64,000 nt of DNA from the human T2T-CHM13v2.0 reference genome, Homo sapiens, in assembly GCF_009914755.1 (NCBI RefSeq), contig NC_060935.1; one strand, given 5' to 3'. This document shows, one piece after another, positions 28,791 to 42,830 of this stretch. Position numbers and translations under genes: made by a program. The notes under the pieces are model-generated. The model saw only the letters and a program-made list of their open reading frames with translations. It was not told the DNA's origin and ran no database searches. Within the stretch, counting starts at the first letter, position 1; every line of letters begins with the position of its first letter.

Positions 28791-31700
28791 ATATGTATGT
28801 ATGTATGTATGTGTGTGTGTATATATATTATACAATCAACATATACGATTATATATTTGTATAATATATGCATATACAAAATATATAGGTATATATATTT
28901 TATACAAATATGGCATAATCTTATATGTGTAATATAAATATTAACATTTTCTATCCATTTAACTGTTGCTGAACACTTGGGTTGATTCCATATCTTGGCT
29001 ATTGGGAATAATGATGCAATGAACATGGTGCATATATTTCTTCAACATACTAATTTTATTTCCTTTGGATATATACCCAGAAGTAGGATTCCTGGATCCT
29101 ATGGTAGTACTATTATTTTTAATTTTTTGATGAACCTTCATTGTTTTCCATAATGGTTTTAGCAATTTACAGTCCCACCAACAGTGTACAGGGCTTACTT
29201 TTCTCCACATTTTCTCCAGCATTTGTTATCTTTTGTCTTCTTGATAGCAGCCATTCTAACAAGAAGAATATGATATATTATTAGAGTTTTAACCTTCACT
29301 GTTGTTGAGGAATTTTTAATATGTCTGCTGGCTATTTTTTACCTCTTTTGGGAAAGTCAATTCATGTCCTTTTTCCATTAAAAAAAGTCAAGTTGTTTTC
29401 TTACTAATGGGTTGTTTGCATTCCTTATATATTTTAGATATTATCACCTCATCAATTGTATAGTTTGCATATATTTTCCCCCATTTAATAGTTGTCTCAT
29501 TTGTTATTTTCTTTGTTGTGCAGAAACGTTTTAGTTTTATGCAGTTTGATTAGTTTATTTTTGCTTTTGTTTTCTGTGCTTTTGGGTCATATCAAAAATA
29601 GCATTGCCCAGACTAATGTAATGAAGACTTTTCCCTATGTTCTCTTCTAGTAGTTTTAAGATTTCAAGTCACAGCTTAAGCTTCTGATTCACTTTGAGCT
29701 GATTTTTGTATACGGTATGAGATAAGGGTCCAATTTCTTTCCACATGTGAATAACCAATTTGTCCAGCTTCATTTTTTGAAGAGACTATACATTCCCCCC
29801 ATTGGTACCTTTGTCAAAGACCATTTGACTGTAAAAGTATGGATTTATTTTGGGGCTTTCTATTTTGTTCAACTGGTCTTTATGTCTGTTTCTATGCCAG
29901 TACCATATTTTTTATTATTATATCTTTCTAGAATATTCTGAGATCAAGTATGATCTTTTGACTATTATTCAACAAACATTTAAATGTTTTCTTCTGCAGA
30001 CCTTTCTGGCTGATAAAATAAGGTAAGGAAAAAAAGCCCTAATAGGTTCTTCATACAATTATTAAGAGTAATATTAAAACAATCTAACGTATTGATCTCA
30101 AGTAATTTGGGGAAGAGAGATGAGTCAAGATTGTGTATTAACACATTTGGGGAACTGATTAGTTGTGTGTGAAAATAAAACCATTAATTATGCCACTCCA
30201 ACTGAATAAATAGGTAGGGAACATATATGTACCCCCTAGCACCCATATTACTATTCTAATCTCCAACATATCAAGACTTGAAGTCTTCAATTCCACAGTA
30301 TTGCCCTTAGAAGTCCACTGGATGCCTGAACAGCGCATTTTACTTGGGACAACTACCCCATAATGCAAGACCTTAGCATAAATCCAAATTGGATCCAAGC
30401 CTTAATTTCAATGCTCAATCCAACCCCATTTCTGATGGTACAGTAGACACATGCCTCCCTAACTTTTCCATTTATGCAAAATTAAAAGTCACCTTCTTAC
30501 AGCACTACTCATTGATTCATGACTTTATTTTTGGCACAGAGCAAATATTGCCTTGTAAACCTAACAATATTTTATTCTATTCAAAAAATCAAAATTTTAG
30601 CTTTGCCTCTTAGTAAAGATTTTTCAATGAAATTTTGATAATCAAATAATAATGTATTGTTATTTAATCACAATTTAGAATGATCTGATTACCACTCTCT
30701 TAAAAACTCCATTGATTACCAAATCAGGCATCTATAAAAATAATTTATGCTCTTCATTATAAACATTGGTTTTAATAGCATTCATGATAGCCAAAGATAG
30801 AATTTCAACTGAAATAAAGAAAGCTCTTCTCATCTAAGAGTATGGAATTTCTGTAGTTTAGGATTTCATCTGCTCTTGTTACTCCTAGCTAGAATCACCA
30901 TATTTTACTTCTAACAATACTTTTCAGAAAAGTAGAAAAAAATCTAATATTGCCATAAAGGGGCATTATCACTTCACAAGGACAGAATAAGCAGCAGGAG
31001 CAGATGAAATTCAAATCAGCCCAAATCCTGTTTCCATAATAATGTATCTTTCTAGCTTTGAAATCACATCAAAATTGCTTCTATACTGAATGGTTTTCAA
31101 AGATGTCTTTGAGGCATCATTGAGATTTTTTTAAATGGATAGCATCTAGTAGAGTTAGATGCAAAGGAGACTTTTGCATCTGAGAACAGGATTAGTTCTT
31201 CTTGTTTCCAGAGGGATACAAAACATGGCAGATAGGATGTCTCAAATTATTATTTATTCCTTCTTTTGATTCATTACAACTTCCTAATTAAGGCTTGGTT
31301 TCCTAAGTAGTTAAGGCAGCTTCCTTTGTCAAAAGCTACCAATGGCTCTTCATTCAATCACATTTTGCACCTGTGTCTGTTAAATAATGATTACAGATGT
31401 TAAAAATGTCATAAAAAAGAGAAAATTAATAGCAAGTAGATGGCATTCCTAATAGATTGTGCAGTTCAAGGGCTCCAGAGAAACTAAGAAAACGATCATT
31501 TGCCATTATATGTGCATAATTACCCTGGCAGCTGATGGTTATAATCCTTGGAGTAAAGAGAAAGTGAAGTTGTTTATCTATTCATTTCATATTTTAATAA
31601 TCTAGTACTTGGGATCTGTCATTTTCTGTTCTACTTTACAGTGGTATTCTGTTCACTGATTTGTGCTACATTGATACACATTTTGTGATCACCATTTGTT

Positions 31701-32211
31701 TTTGAGCCTCTTTGTAATGAGATAATATAAAAACCACCATAATTATGGATTTTTATAATATGTGAGTACAGAGTAGGCTGCTCCTTTCCCCAGAAACTCC
31801 TGCCTGTCACCAGTAGGGCCTAGTGACATACATATCATACCAGCATCAGAAAAAGGGAAATGCAAAACAGAATGTAACTTAACTTTCTGTGCTGCTCATC
31901 TGAATCTACAACTTGGGAAAGGTAGAAAAGGTCAAGATCTTTAATGACAATTAAGCCCCTTAGATTCTTTGGTGAGAATTTGTAAAGATAAAAATATTGT
32001 ACGAATGTCATTTTTAGTATGAAAATGGTACATTAGGAATATTCCCTGGTATTCAATGAACATGAATTTCTTAGTCAAATCAATAATCTTAAAAATGATA
32101 TCAACAGTGAAAGCATGCATTTAATGAATGCAAAGGACCAGGCACTTTGCTAAGTGTGTTATGACTGTAAGCTCATGTCATTCTTAAAACAATTTCTCTT
32201 ATGCTCCCCTC

Positions 32212-32546
32212 TGTATTAGTTTTCTCTTGCTGCGGTAACAAACTATCATAAGCTGTTGGCTTAAAACAACACAAATGTATTATGGGACAGTTCTCAAGGT
32301 CAGAGGTCTAAAATGGATCTCATTGGGCTAAAATTAAGATGTCAGCAGAGATGCATTCACTTCTGAAAACGTAGGGGAAAATCTCTTTCCTTGCCTATTC
32401 CAGCTTATAGAGGCCACCTATATTATAGGGTTGTAAGATACAGGCTTATATAGGCCTGAGGCTTCATTCATGTGAACTAACATATTCACAGGTTCTGGGA
32501 ATTAAGAAGTAGACATTTTTGGAGGGTCATTATCTTTCTAACTTCA
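32212..32546 (-). mobile_element. MLT1D-like solo LTR, internally deleted
   Basis: tgtattagttttctcttgctgcggtaacaaac...ttgggctaaaattaagatgtcagcag...catattcacaggttctgggaattaaga. Perfect 5-bp TSD ccctc (32207-32211 / 32547-32551). Confidence 0.85.
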
Positions 32547-32554
32547 CCCTCCAG

Positions 32555-32915
32555 TCTAGTGAAAGTGAGACTTTTAAATTAAAAATCAAACCACATCTTT
32601 TGCCTGTCACAATTCTTTCTTTCCTAAAACCTCTTTTAATACTCCTTGTTTCAGTATGAAAATATGACCTTCAAGGTCCAGAAAGGTCCAGCTCCTTCAA
32701 CTCTCATTTTTTCCCTATTGTCCTCTTCACTCCTGTGCTAGCTTTGCTGTGGACCTGTTACTTGATAGACGTGCTCTTGTTTTCCAAGTCTGGGTATATT
32801 ATGTCTTCTATCTGGAATGCTCATCCAACACAGCTTTGCATTGTAACTTCTATTTTTCCTTCTGCCTCTGTATAAAGCATCATTTTCTCAGGAAAGCCTG
32901 CACTAACCCCAAATC
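32555..32915 (+). mobile_element. L2 fragment
   Basis: ttttaaattaaaaatcaaaccacatc...gaccttcaaggtcc...tctatctggaatgctc...tctcaggaaagcctgcactaacccc. Confidence 0.55.
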
Positions 32916-32939
32916 TCTGCCAACGAATTTACCTGTTTA

Positions 32940-33345
32940 ATTATTTATTTAGATTCTTATGTATGTACATTTCTTTGTGTTCACCGTGTTCCGGCACTTC
33001 TGTTTCTGTACACTAGGGATATGGAAGGAAACACAACAGATAATGTTCTGGCTTTCATGAACTTTATTTTCTGATGATGGGAGATAGATGACACATAATA
33101 AACAAATATTTAGTGTGTCAGATGGAGCAAGTAAAATAATGAAAAATAAAGCTGGATAAGAGATGAGAGACAAGTGTGGGAGTCATTTTAGACAGATAAG
33201 TAAAAAAGTGCTTCTATAAAATGGTGACATCTGAAAAGATTAAGAATGGAGAGGACAGAGTAATTCTTGGAGATATTTAAGGCAAGAACATTCCAGGCAG
33301 ATGCAACAGTAAATGTGAAGACCAACAGATAAGATGGTGTGTTTG
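32940..33345 (-). mobile_element. L2 3' fragment
   Basis: gtgttccggcac...ctagggatat...tggtgacatctgaaaaga...aagaacattccaggcagatgcaacagtaaatgtgaagacc. Confidence 0.7.
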
Positions 33346-33439
33346 AAGCTCTGAAACCAGAATTTCTCTACTTCATTGTAATTGTAGTGGTCTCAAATTT
33401 ACACAGTAATGTGATCATTCGAACAATTATCTTCTGCCT

Positions 33440-33720
33440 CAACTGGCCTTTGAACTTCATGAGAGAAGCCATTCCATCTGATTTTGCTTACCATAGTATC
33501 CTATACTGCTTGACACATTAGTGACCCTCAAAAATGTTTCTGGGATGAATGAATAAACAACCCTATGCATGGTGTTATTCTGATCCCATCTTACTATGAG
33601 GAAACTGAGGATGAAAACATTTAATAACTTTCCAAGGTTATATCAATGGCAATGCTATGCTGTAAGTCCAAAACTATTTGACAGCAAAGTCCATGTTCTT
33701 AACCATTTGGCTGTATTGTC
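33440..33720. mobile_element. L2 3' end (+) followed by a MIR (-)
   Basis: ...ctcaaaaatgtttctgggatgaatgaataaa is an L2 tail. It is followed by cccatcttactatgaggaaactgagg...taactttccaaggtta...aaagtccatgttcttaacca (MIR). Confidence 0.6.
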
Positions 33721-35997
33721 TACAAAATTTTTTGGAAGGGTTTAAGTTAACTTAACTTAAGTTTTCTTATTGAGGGAAATGACTTAGAATAGGTAGATGT
33801 ATATCGATTACCAACTACAGTAACATATAAACATAGGCATAGCTGCTCAAAGTCTTTGTTTTCTCATAAAATGATGAGAATAATATCCATCTCAAAGTTT
33901 GTTTAAATTAAGGCATTGCATAAAATAATAAACATAAAAGCACTAAGCAAATGGTAAAGTATTACTGTAAGCCATCACCATATTGCACATGGAATGCATA
34001 AGCAGTAAAACTCTTAAGTTGTTTATGGTCCTGATAAAAGTTTAATGGCGATACGCAGAAAGCATTATCATGCTCATATTTACACACCACGGATTATTCT
34101 TTTTCAGCCTACACTTCCATCGGGAAAATACTTTTCCCTCTAAAAGAGGTGAACTATCTGTTCTTTCCAAAGGGTAGGGGAGAACTGAGAAATAGCAGAC
34201 CTTCTTCTCCAAAAAAGGGGATTGAGTGGTTTTCAAAACAGAGAATGACAGACAATGAGAGAGAAAGTTAAAAATATATATTTTGGAAGGTACATTTTCA
34301 AAGTATATTGGTATGATTATACTATGAGAACGTTTGATAGACATTTTGACTTAAAGTGAATCTTAAAATAAACTGATAATTGCTTAAAGCATAGTAATAA
34401 GGGCTAGATTTAAATAACGACTGAATTAGCATAAAACAACTTCTGGGTGGGACATATGGCAGATGATAATTTGAACTATATAGAAGGGAATAATTCAGCC
34501 TATATAACACTATTTCTGAATATATTTTTTGCTAAATTTTTTTCCACAATATTTTACTAGGAAGATAATGTATATTTACATGAGAAATACAATGAATATA
34601 TTTACTGTTTATTATATATAATTTGGCTAATATTAACCACATTTAAATTATATGTGGTTCTCATTGACTTGTGTGAAACTGACTCACTCTCAGTTAAACC
34701 TATTGTTCCTGGAAGGAAAATTTAATTCAGGACTTTATGAATCTGGCGTTATGAATCAAAAAGAATAATGCTTTTAAAATATATTTTAGTTATGCAGTTT
34801 AAAAAGGCAATATATGACTTCAAAATGGCTGACCAGATGCATTTTGTACTTGCCTCCTCCACTAAGAAGAAACAAACTCACTAGTAGGTAATCACACTTC
34901 AAATAGATCAGCCAAGAGAGAACACTGGAATTCAACAGAAAAGTGATTGCAAATACTAAAGCAATGAAGGAGGAGGAAGCAAGGCAACCTGATCAGTCAG
35001 GATTGGCTGGGAGCTGAAAGAGGGTCCCCAACACAGGGAAAGGCTAAGCGAGAGACCCTTAGTAGTCCATGTTTCCACCATGGACTCATGAGAAGTCCTC
35101 AACCTTTGCAGGCCCTAAAACTAACACTAGGAGCTGTCAGGAGACTGTGCAACGGCACCGCTTCAGGAAAGGAGCTCACCCTGGTTCCTACACTAGACAT
35201 GAACAGCTACACCAAGATGTCATTTTAGAGCCCCATCCCTAACACACCGTGTACTCTCCCAGAAACTAGCAACACTGGGGCTGAGAAGCAAGCGAAGCAC
35301 AGGCTGCTGCTTTAGGACTGAGGCTGAGGCTCGAGCACAGGGGCTGAGGCTCTAGTGCCACTAGGGCAGAGGTGCGTGTAGAGTACACAGTTTCAATTTA
35401 TTTGCCTAGTCAGCACTGCCCCACTTCTTGGCAGGGCAGCAGCACAACCATTGCTGCCCCTAACCTGAGCATTCTGCTAGTGGCTTGAAGATCACCACAC
35501 CCTTTTCTCACATGGCTGGTGCCCCACACACCATCAGAGGACCTGAGTAAAAGCCTAAATGACCAGGCTATGTATGCTCCATCCCAGGCCATACAATCAG
35601 GGCCTGGGGATTGCTCTGCCCAGTCCATCACCATGGTCCCCTGAGCACTCCTCTTGGTGAACTGAACACTCCTCCTAAGATTGGGCCTGCCTACCTGGCT
35701 GCTATACCACAACTGGTGCCTATCTGTATGTCCCACCTGTGGGCCTGGACACTGGCCCACTCAATTCACCACAGTTACGACCAATGTTAATGTGTACTGC
35801 TCAGGAGCCAGAGGGTCATCCTGCCACTGCCACTGTTATCACCCGTGCCTCACCAGCTGCCTAGGGGCCTGAGAGCCTTCCCTTTAGCCTGGCCATTGTG
35901 GCTATTATTGGCATCTGAATAAGCCACCTGGTGGCTCGTGAATCATCCTGCCTTTACCAGCTAACACTGATGCCAGCGTACACCATACACTGTTCTA

Positions 35998-36107
35998 GGG
36001 CCCAAGGCAGGCATGCTCAGCCCATTGTTGCCACCACTGGGGCCCAAAGATCGGGCCCAAGGCAGGCATGCTCGGCCCATTGTTGCCACCACTGGGGCCC
36101 AAAGATC
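35998..36107 (+). repeat. 55-bp tandem duplication in the L1 5'UTR
   Basis: gggcccaaggcaggcatgctc(a/g)gcccattgttgccaccactggggcccaaagatc occurs twice with one mismatch. Confidence 0.97.
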
Positions 36108-38902
36108 AGCCTACCTGGAGTACCAGTCCTGAGGAAAACTTTGCCATAGCCCCCACTCATAAGTGCATGCTAAGCAATTCAGAAAATCATAGATACCACT
36201 GATGCTGTATATAGTCAAATACAGAGGCTACACTATGGCAGATACCCAGAATCAAAGCAAACATGCACTACCCAACCAAAACCATAGATTAATCTCTAGT
36301 AAAAAGCTCTCCCCTATGAAAAAATAATTTAAAAGATAGAAAAAAGCAACTATTACACCAGATGTATATATATAAACATAAAGACACCTCAAACATTAAA
36401 AAGAAAGAAAATATGATGTCACCACCGAAGGAGCGTGATAATTCTCCAGCAACAGAGCACAATAAAAAATAAATTTATAAGATTCTAGAAAAAAGAATTC
36501 AAATTATTTATTCTAAAAAAGCTAGTGAGATACCAAAATAATTCTTAAGAGCAACACAAAAATCAGAAAATAATTTAGGATATGAATGAGAAATTAACTA
36601 AAGAAAAAGATATCATAAAAAAGGAATCAAACAGAAATACTGGAAATAAAGAACTCACTGAATGAAAAACAAAATACATGACAAAGCTTCAACAATAAAC
36701 TGGATAAAGCAGAAGAAAGAAACTCAGAATTTGAAGACAGTTCTTTTGAAATAACTCACTTGGACAAAAAGAAAAAAAGAGTGAGCAAAGTGTTTGTGAC
36801 ATACAAAACATCATAAAGTGACCAAATCTTTAAATTATCAGAGTCCCAAGAGGCAAAGAGAGAATGAAAGAATTATAAAACCTAGTTAACAAAAATAGGA
36901 TGGATGAAAACTTCCCAAGTCTAGCAAGAGCATTAGACACTCATTACAGGAGGCTCTGTGATCCCTAAACAAATAAAATGCAAAAGGTCTTCTTTACCAT
37001 ATAATATAGTCAAACTGTTTAAAGTGAAAGACAGAGAGAGATTTTTAAAAACCACAAGAGAAATGACCTAGAGACCTGTAAAAGAACCCCCGTTAGAATA
37101 ACGGCAGTTTTCTCAGGAGAAACTTTTCAGGTCAGCAAAGAATAGGATAATATATTTAAAGTGCTAGAAGAAAAATAAAAACTTCCAGCTGAGCACACTA
37201 TATGTAGCAAAATTATCCTTCAGAAATAAAGGAGAAATAGCCTTTCTTAGATAAGCAAAAGCTTAGGGAATTCATCTCCACTAGACTAGCCCTACAAGAA
37301 AGGCTCAAGGGAGTAAAAAACCTTAAGTCGAAAGGACATTTACCATCATCAAAACACTAGAAAGTATAAAACTAACTGGTAAAGCAAACACACAAATGAG
37401 GAAGAGAAAGGACTCAAATGGTACTACTTCATAAACCACCAAACCTCAATGACAAATGATAAGATAAAAAGAAAGGAACAAAGAAAATACAAAAGAACCA
37501 AAAAACAATTGACAATATGACAGAAACAAAACCTAAAAATAACTATGAATGTAAATTGATTAAATTTTCCATTTAAAAGACATAGATTGGCAAAGGGATA
37601 AAAAACTTAATCTAACTATATGCTGCCTACTAGAAACGCACTTTACCTATAAAGACACATATAGATTGAAAGTAAAGGAATGTAAAAAGATATTCCAGGC
37701 AAATGAAAGTCAATTGCCAACAAGAATAGCTATACATATATTGATTAAACCAGACATTAAGTAAAAAACTGTAGTAAAAGACAAAAACAGATCATTATAT
37801 AATTAAAAAGGGATCACTGCAGCAAGAGGATATGTAAACCTTAAATATATGTGCATCCAAAACCAGAGCACCCAGATGTATAAAGCAAATAATACTACAT
37901 CTAAAGAGAGAGAGAGAGCGACTGCAATGGAATGATTGTAGGAGATTCAACGTAAGACAGATCATCTAGAAAGAAAATCAACAAAGAAAAGCAAGATTTA
38001 AATTGGAATTTAGACCAAGTGAACTTAACATTTATTTACAGAACATTTTATTCAACAACTACAGAATACATATTCTTCTCATCAGTACGTGGAAAAGTCT
38101 CTAGGATAGACCAGAATGTTAGATCACAAAACAAATTCAACATTTACTTTAAGTGAAATCATATCAAGTGTCTTTTCATACCACAATGGAATAAAATGAG
38201 ATTAATACCAAGAGGCATTTTGGAAATGATACAAATACATAGAAATTCAAGAACATGTTCCTGAACAACCACTGGGTCAACAAAGAGGTTAAGATGGAAA
38301 TAAAAAAGAATTGAAACAAATGAAGATGGAAACACAATATACCAAAACCTATGAGATACAAAAAAAAAAAAAAACCCTATAATAAGCAGGAAGTTTATAG
38401 CAATAAATGTCTACATCAAAAAATTATAAAGATATCAAAAAAATCTAATGATGGACTTCAATAAATTAGAAAAGCAAGAATAAACCAAAGCCAAAATTAG
38501 CAAATGAAGGAAATAATAATAATCAGAGCAGAACTAAGTAAAAGAGACTAAAAAAAAAAAGGAAAAAGGATCAATGAAATAGAAAGTTGGTTCTTCAAAT
38601 AGGTAAACAAAAGTAATAAATCACTAGCTAAAGTAACCACAAAGAGAGAAGACCCAAATAAACAAAACCAGAAATGAAACATCACAACTGATGTCAAGGA
38701 GACATCAAAACTGATACCACGGAAATACAGAAGACCATCAGAGACAATTATGAACAAATATATGCTCACAAACTGGAAAACCTATAAAAAATTAATAAAT
38801 TCCTGGAAATACACAATCTACCAACCTAAAATTAAGAAGAAATATAAAACCTGAACAGACCAATAATTAGTAACGACATTGAATCAGTGAGAAAAAGTAT
38901 TA

Positions 38903-39160
<258 letters not shown>

Positions 39161-39314
39161 CTAGATTCTACCAACTATATAATGAAAAACTAATAGCAAT
39201 CCTAAAACTATTCCAAAAAATTGAAGAGGAGGGAATTCTCCCTAACTCATTCTATGAAGCCAGCATTACCCTGATAACAAAAGCAGACAAGGACACAAAA
39301 GAAAAAGAAAACTA

Positions 39315-39718
39315 ACAATGATAGACTGGATTAAGAAAATGTGGCACATATACACCATGGAATCCTATGCAGCCATAAAAAAGGATGAGTTCATGTCCTT
39401 TGTAGGGACATGGATGAAGCTGGAAACCATCATTCTCAGCAAACTATTGCAAGGACAAGAAACCAAATACCGCATGTTCTCACTCATAGGTGGGAATTGA
39501 ACAGTGAGAACACATGGACACAGGAAGAGGAACATCACACATCGGGACTGTTGTGGGGTGGGGGGAGGGGGGAGGGACAGCATTAGGAGATATACCTAAT
39601 GTTAATGACGAGTTAATGGGTGCAGCACACCAACATGGCACATGTATACATATGTAACAAACCTGCACGTTGTGCACATGTACCCTAAAGCTTAAAGTAT
39701 AATAAAAAGAAAAAAAAA
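39315..39718 (+). mobile_element. 5'-truncated L1PA4/5 3' end inside the L1MA4A
   Basis: caatgatagactggattaagaaaatgtggcac...tatgtaacaaacctgcacgttgtgcacatgtaccctaaagcttaaagtataataaaaa. TSD aaaagaaaacta / aaaagaaaagta. Confidence 0.93.
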
Positions 39719-41950
39719 AAAAGAAAAGTAGAGACCAATACCCCTGCTGAACAAAGATATAAAAATTGTCAACAAAATACTAATTAACCAAATTTACAGC
39801 ACATCGAAAAGATGATACACCATGACAAGTGGTATTTACATCATGGTTTGTAAATGGTTTAATGTATGCAAATCAATATATGTGATACACCACATCAATA
39901 GAATGAAGGACAAAAACCAGTTGATTATATCAGTAGATGCCGAAAAACACAATTGACAAATTCCACCTCCCTTTATGAAAAAAAAGAATCTTAATCTATA
40001 CATAAGAGGAACACACTTTTAAATAATAAAGGCTATATATGACAAACCTATAGTTAACATCATAATCAAGGGGGAAAAGTTGGAAGCCTTATCTCTAAGA
40101 ATTGGAACAAGACAAGAATGACCACTTTTACCACTCTGATTCTACATCGTACTTGATGTCCTAGCCAGATAAATCAGGCTAGAGAAAGAAACAGAAAGCA
40201 TCCAAATTGGAAAAGAGAAAGTCAAATTGCCCCTCTGCTGCTGCTATAATCTTATATTTAGAAAAACCAAAAGACTCCACCAAAAAACTCTTATAGCTGA
40301 TAAGCAAATTCAGAAATGTTGAAGGATACAAAGTTAACAATAGTCAGTAATGTTTGTAAACACTAATAATGAAATAGCTATAAAATAAATCAAGAAGACA
40401 CATTTACAATAGCTAAAAAAGAAATACCTAGGAATACATTTAACCAAGAAGGTGGACAATCCATACAAGGAAAACTACAAAACATTGATGTAAGAAATTG
40501 TAGAGGTAAAAAAAATAAAAACACATCCCATGCTCATGAATTGGAAGAATGAATCTCATTAAAACGATCATACTGCCCAAAGCAATATACAAATTCACTC
40601 CAATCCTTATCAAAATACCAATGTTATTTTCCACAGAAATAGAAACAAATACAATTCAAAAATATGCATGGAACCAAAAAGGAGCCTAAATAGCCAAATC
40701 AATCTTGAGCAAAAAGTACAAAACTAAAGGTATCACACTATCTGATTTCAAAATATATTACTAGGCTACAGTAACCAAAAAACAGGATTTTAATGGTAAA
40801 AATCACACAGAGCAATGGAACAAACAGAGAACCCAGAGATAAATCAATGTATTTATAGCCAATTGATTTTTGACAAATACATCAAGAACATACACTGTAG
40901 AAAAGACACCCTTTTCAATAAATGGTGATGGGAAAATTGGATGTCCATGTGCAGAAGAAAGAAACTGGGCTCCTATCTCTCACCATATACAAAAATCAGC
41001 TCAAGATTGTTTGAGAAGACTTAATGTTAAAACTCTAAACTGTAAAGCTAGTTGAAGCAAATATAGCGAAAACACTTCAAGACGTTGGTTTAGGCAAAAA
41101 TTTTATGCTAAGACCTCAAAGGTATAGACGACTGACACAAAAATAGACAAATGGGATTCTGTTAAAAAGATTCTACACAGCAAAGGAAACAATCAACAGA
41201 GTAAAGAGATAACCTACAGAATGGAAGAAAATACTGCAAACTATTCATTCAACAAGGAACTAATAATATCCAGAATATACAAGGAGCTCAAAGAATGCAA
41301 CAATATATAAACAAATCATCACACTAAAAAGTGGACAAGTAACCTGAATAAACAATCCTTAAAAGAAGACACACAAATGACCAACAGGTATATTAAAAAA
41401 ACTTATCATTTATCATAAGAGAAATGCAAATCAAAACCACAATGAGATATCATCTTACCCGAGTTACAATGGCTATTACTAAAAATAAACAAACAAAACA
41501 AAACAGCAACAACAAAAAAAAACAGATGCTTGTGAAGGTGTGGAAAAAAGGGAACTCTTATACACTGTTGGTGGGACTGTAAATTAGTACACCTACTATA
41601 AAAAACGGAATAGAGATTTCACAAAAAACTAAAATAGAACTACCATACAATCCAGCAATGCCACTACTGGGAATTTATCCAAAGGAAAATAAGTCGGTAT
41701 GTTAAAGAATACCTGCACTTGCATGATAATTGTAGCACTATTCACAAAAGCCAACATACGGAATCAACCTAAGTATCTGTCAATGGATAAATGTATAAAG
41801 AAAATGTGGTAGGTATACACAGTGGAATACTATTTAGCCATAAAAAAGAATGGAATTATTTTATTGGCAGTAACATGTATAGAACTGGAGGTCATTATGC
41901 TAAGTCAAATAAGTCAGGCACTGAAAGACAAGTACCAGAAGTTCTCATTC

Positions 41951-41991
41951 TTAATTTTATTTTATTTTATTTTATTTTTTTGAGACGGAGT
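41951..41991 (-). mobile_element. Extremely truncated Alu (tail plus ~11 bp of body)
   Basis: (TTTTA)n-tttttt-tgagacggagt is the antisense Alu 3' terminus. Confidence 0.65.
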
Positions 41992-42441
41992 TGTTGATAG
42001 AGAATAGAATATTATATATATATCAGAGGCTGGGAAGAGTGTAAGGATGGGAGGGGGAAATGGAGAGAGGTTGGTGAATAGGTACAAACTTACAGAGATA
42101 ATAGAAGAAATTACTTCGAATGCTTTATAGCCGATTAGGGTGACTACAGTTAGCAATAATATGCTGTATAATTCGAAGTATAAGAGAGGACTTGAACACA
42201 TCAAAATGATAAATACTCAAGGTGATGGATACCCTCAAATACCCTGACATCATTATTGAACAATTTGTTTATGTAAAGAAATACTCACATGTACCATATA
42301 TATGTAAAATATGAAGTACCAGTAAAAAAAAAATACATAAAAAACCAATATATGCTTATATTGTAAAATTCAAAATTATGGAGTGGTATAAAATGAAAAG
42401 TCCCATTTTCATACCCTGTGCTACTCAGTTCACAGAGGCAC

Positions 42442-42522
42442 TTTTTTTTTTTTTTTTTTGAGACAGAGTCTTGCTCTGTTGCCCAGGCTGGAGTGCAGTG
42501 GTGCGATCTGGGCTCACTGCAA
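42442..42522 (-). mobile_element. 5'-truncated Alu (~80 bp)
   Basis: T18-gagacagagtcttgctctgttgcccaggctggagtgcagtggtgcgatctgggctcactgcaa. TSD cacagaggca / cacagaagca. Confidence 0.92.
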
Positions 42523-42659
42523 ACACAGAAGCATTTTTAAAGTTTATTTTCCTAGAATACTACATAATTTTATTTCGATTTAATTTTTAATTGTTTTTCC
42601 TATTGGGTATTCTAAAGTGCGTCATATTCTTTACACATTTTGATTGTTACGTGAGTATG

Positions 42660-42830
42660 TGTAAAAGTGGACCAAGAACCCGAATAGACAATTCTCCAAA
42701 AACACATTCAAATGACCAGCAGGTATATGAAAAAATTCTTATCATTAATCATTAGAGAAATGCAAATTGAAACTACAATGAGATATCATCTTACCTGAGT
42801 TAGAATGACTATGATAAAAAGATAAAAAAT
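42660..42830 (+). mobile_element. Isolated L1MA ORF2 3' fragment
   Basis: caaatgaccagcaggtatatgaaaaaa...agagaaatgcaaattgaaactacaatgagatatcatcttacctgagttagaatg. Confidence 0.85.

Larger units (their letters stand above)
27770..29955 (-). mobile_element. L1MA8/9-like 3' portion, interrupted by a THE1/MST LTR and microsatellites
   Basis: cagctttaatgagatgcaattgacaa...tggtgagaagatttgagatctaccttcttagcaaatttcaa...ccttcagattcatccacattgttgcaaatgacaggattt...gatatatacccagaagtaggatt. Confidence 0.88.

Noticed and set aside
29986-30028. Possible 23-nt microexon (ttttcttctgcag|…aag|gtaagg)
   Set aside because: The length is not a multiple of 3, there is no neighbouring exon context, and such site pairs arise by chance in 64 kb.
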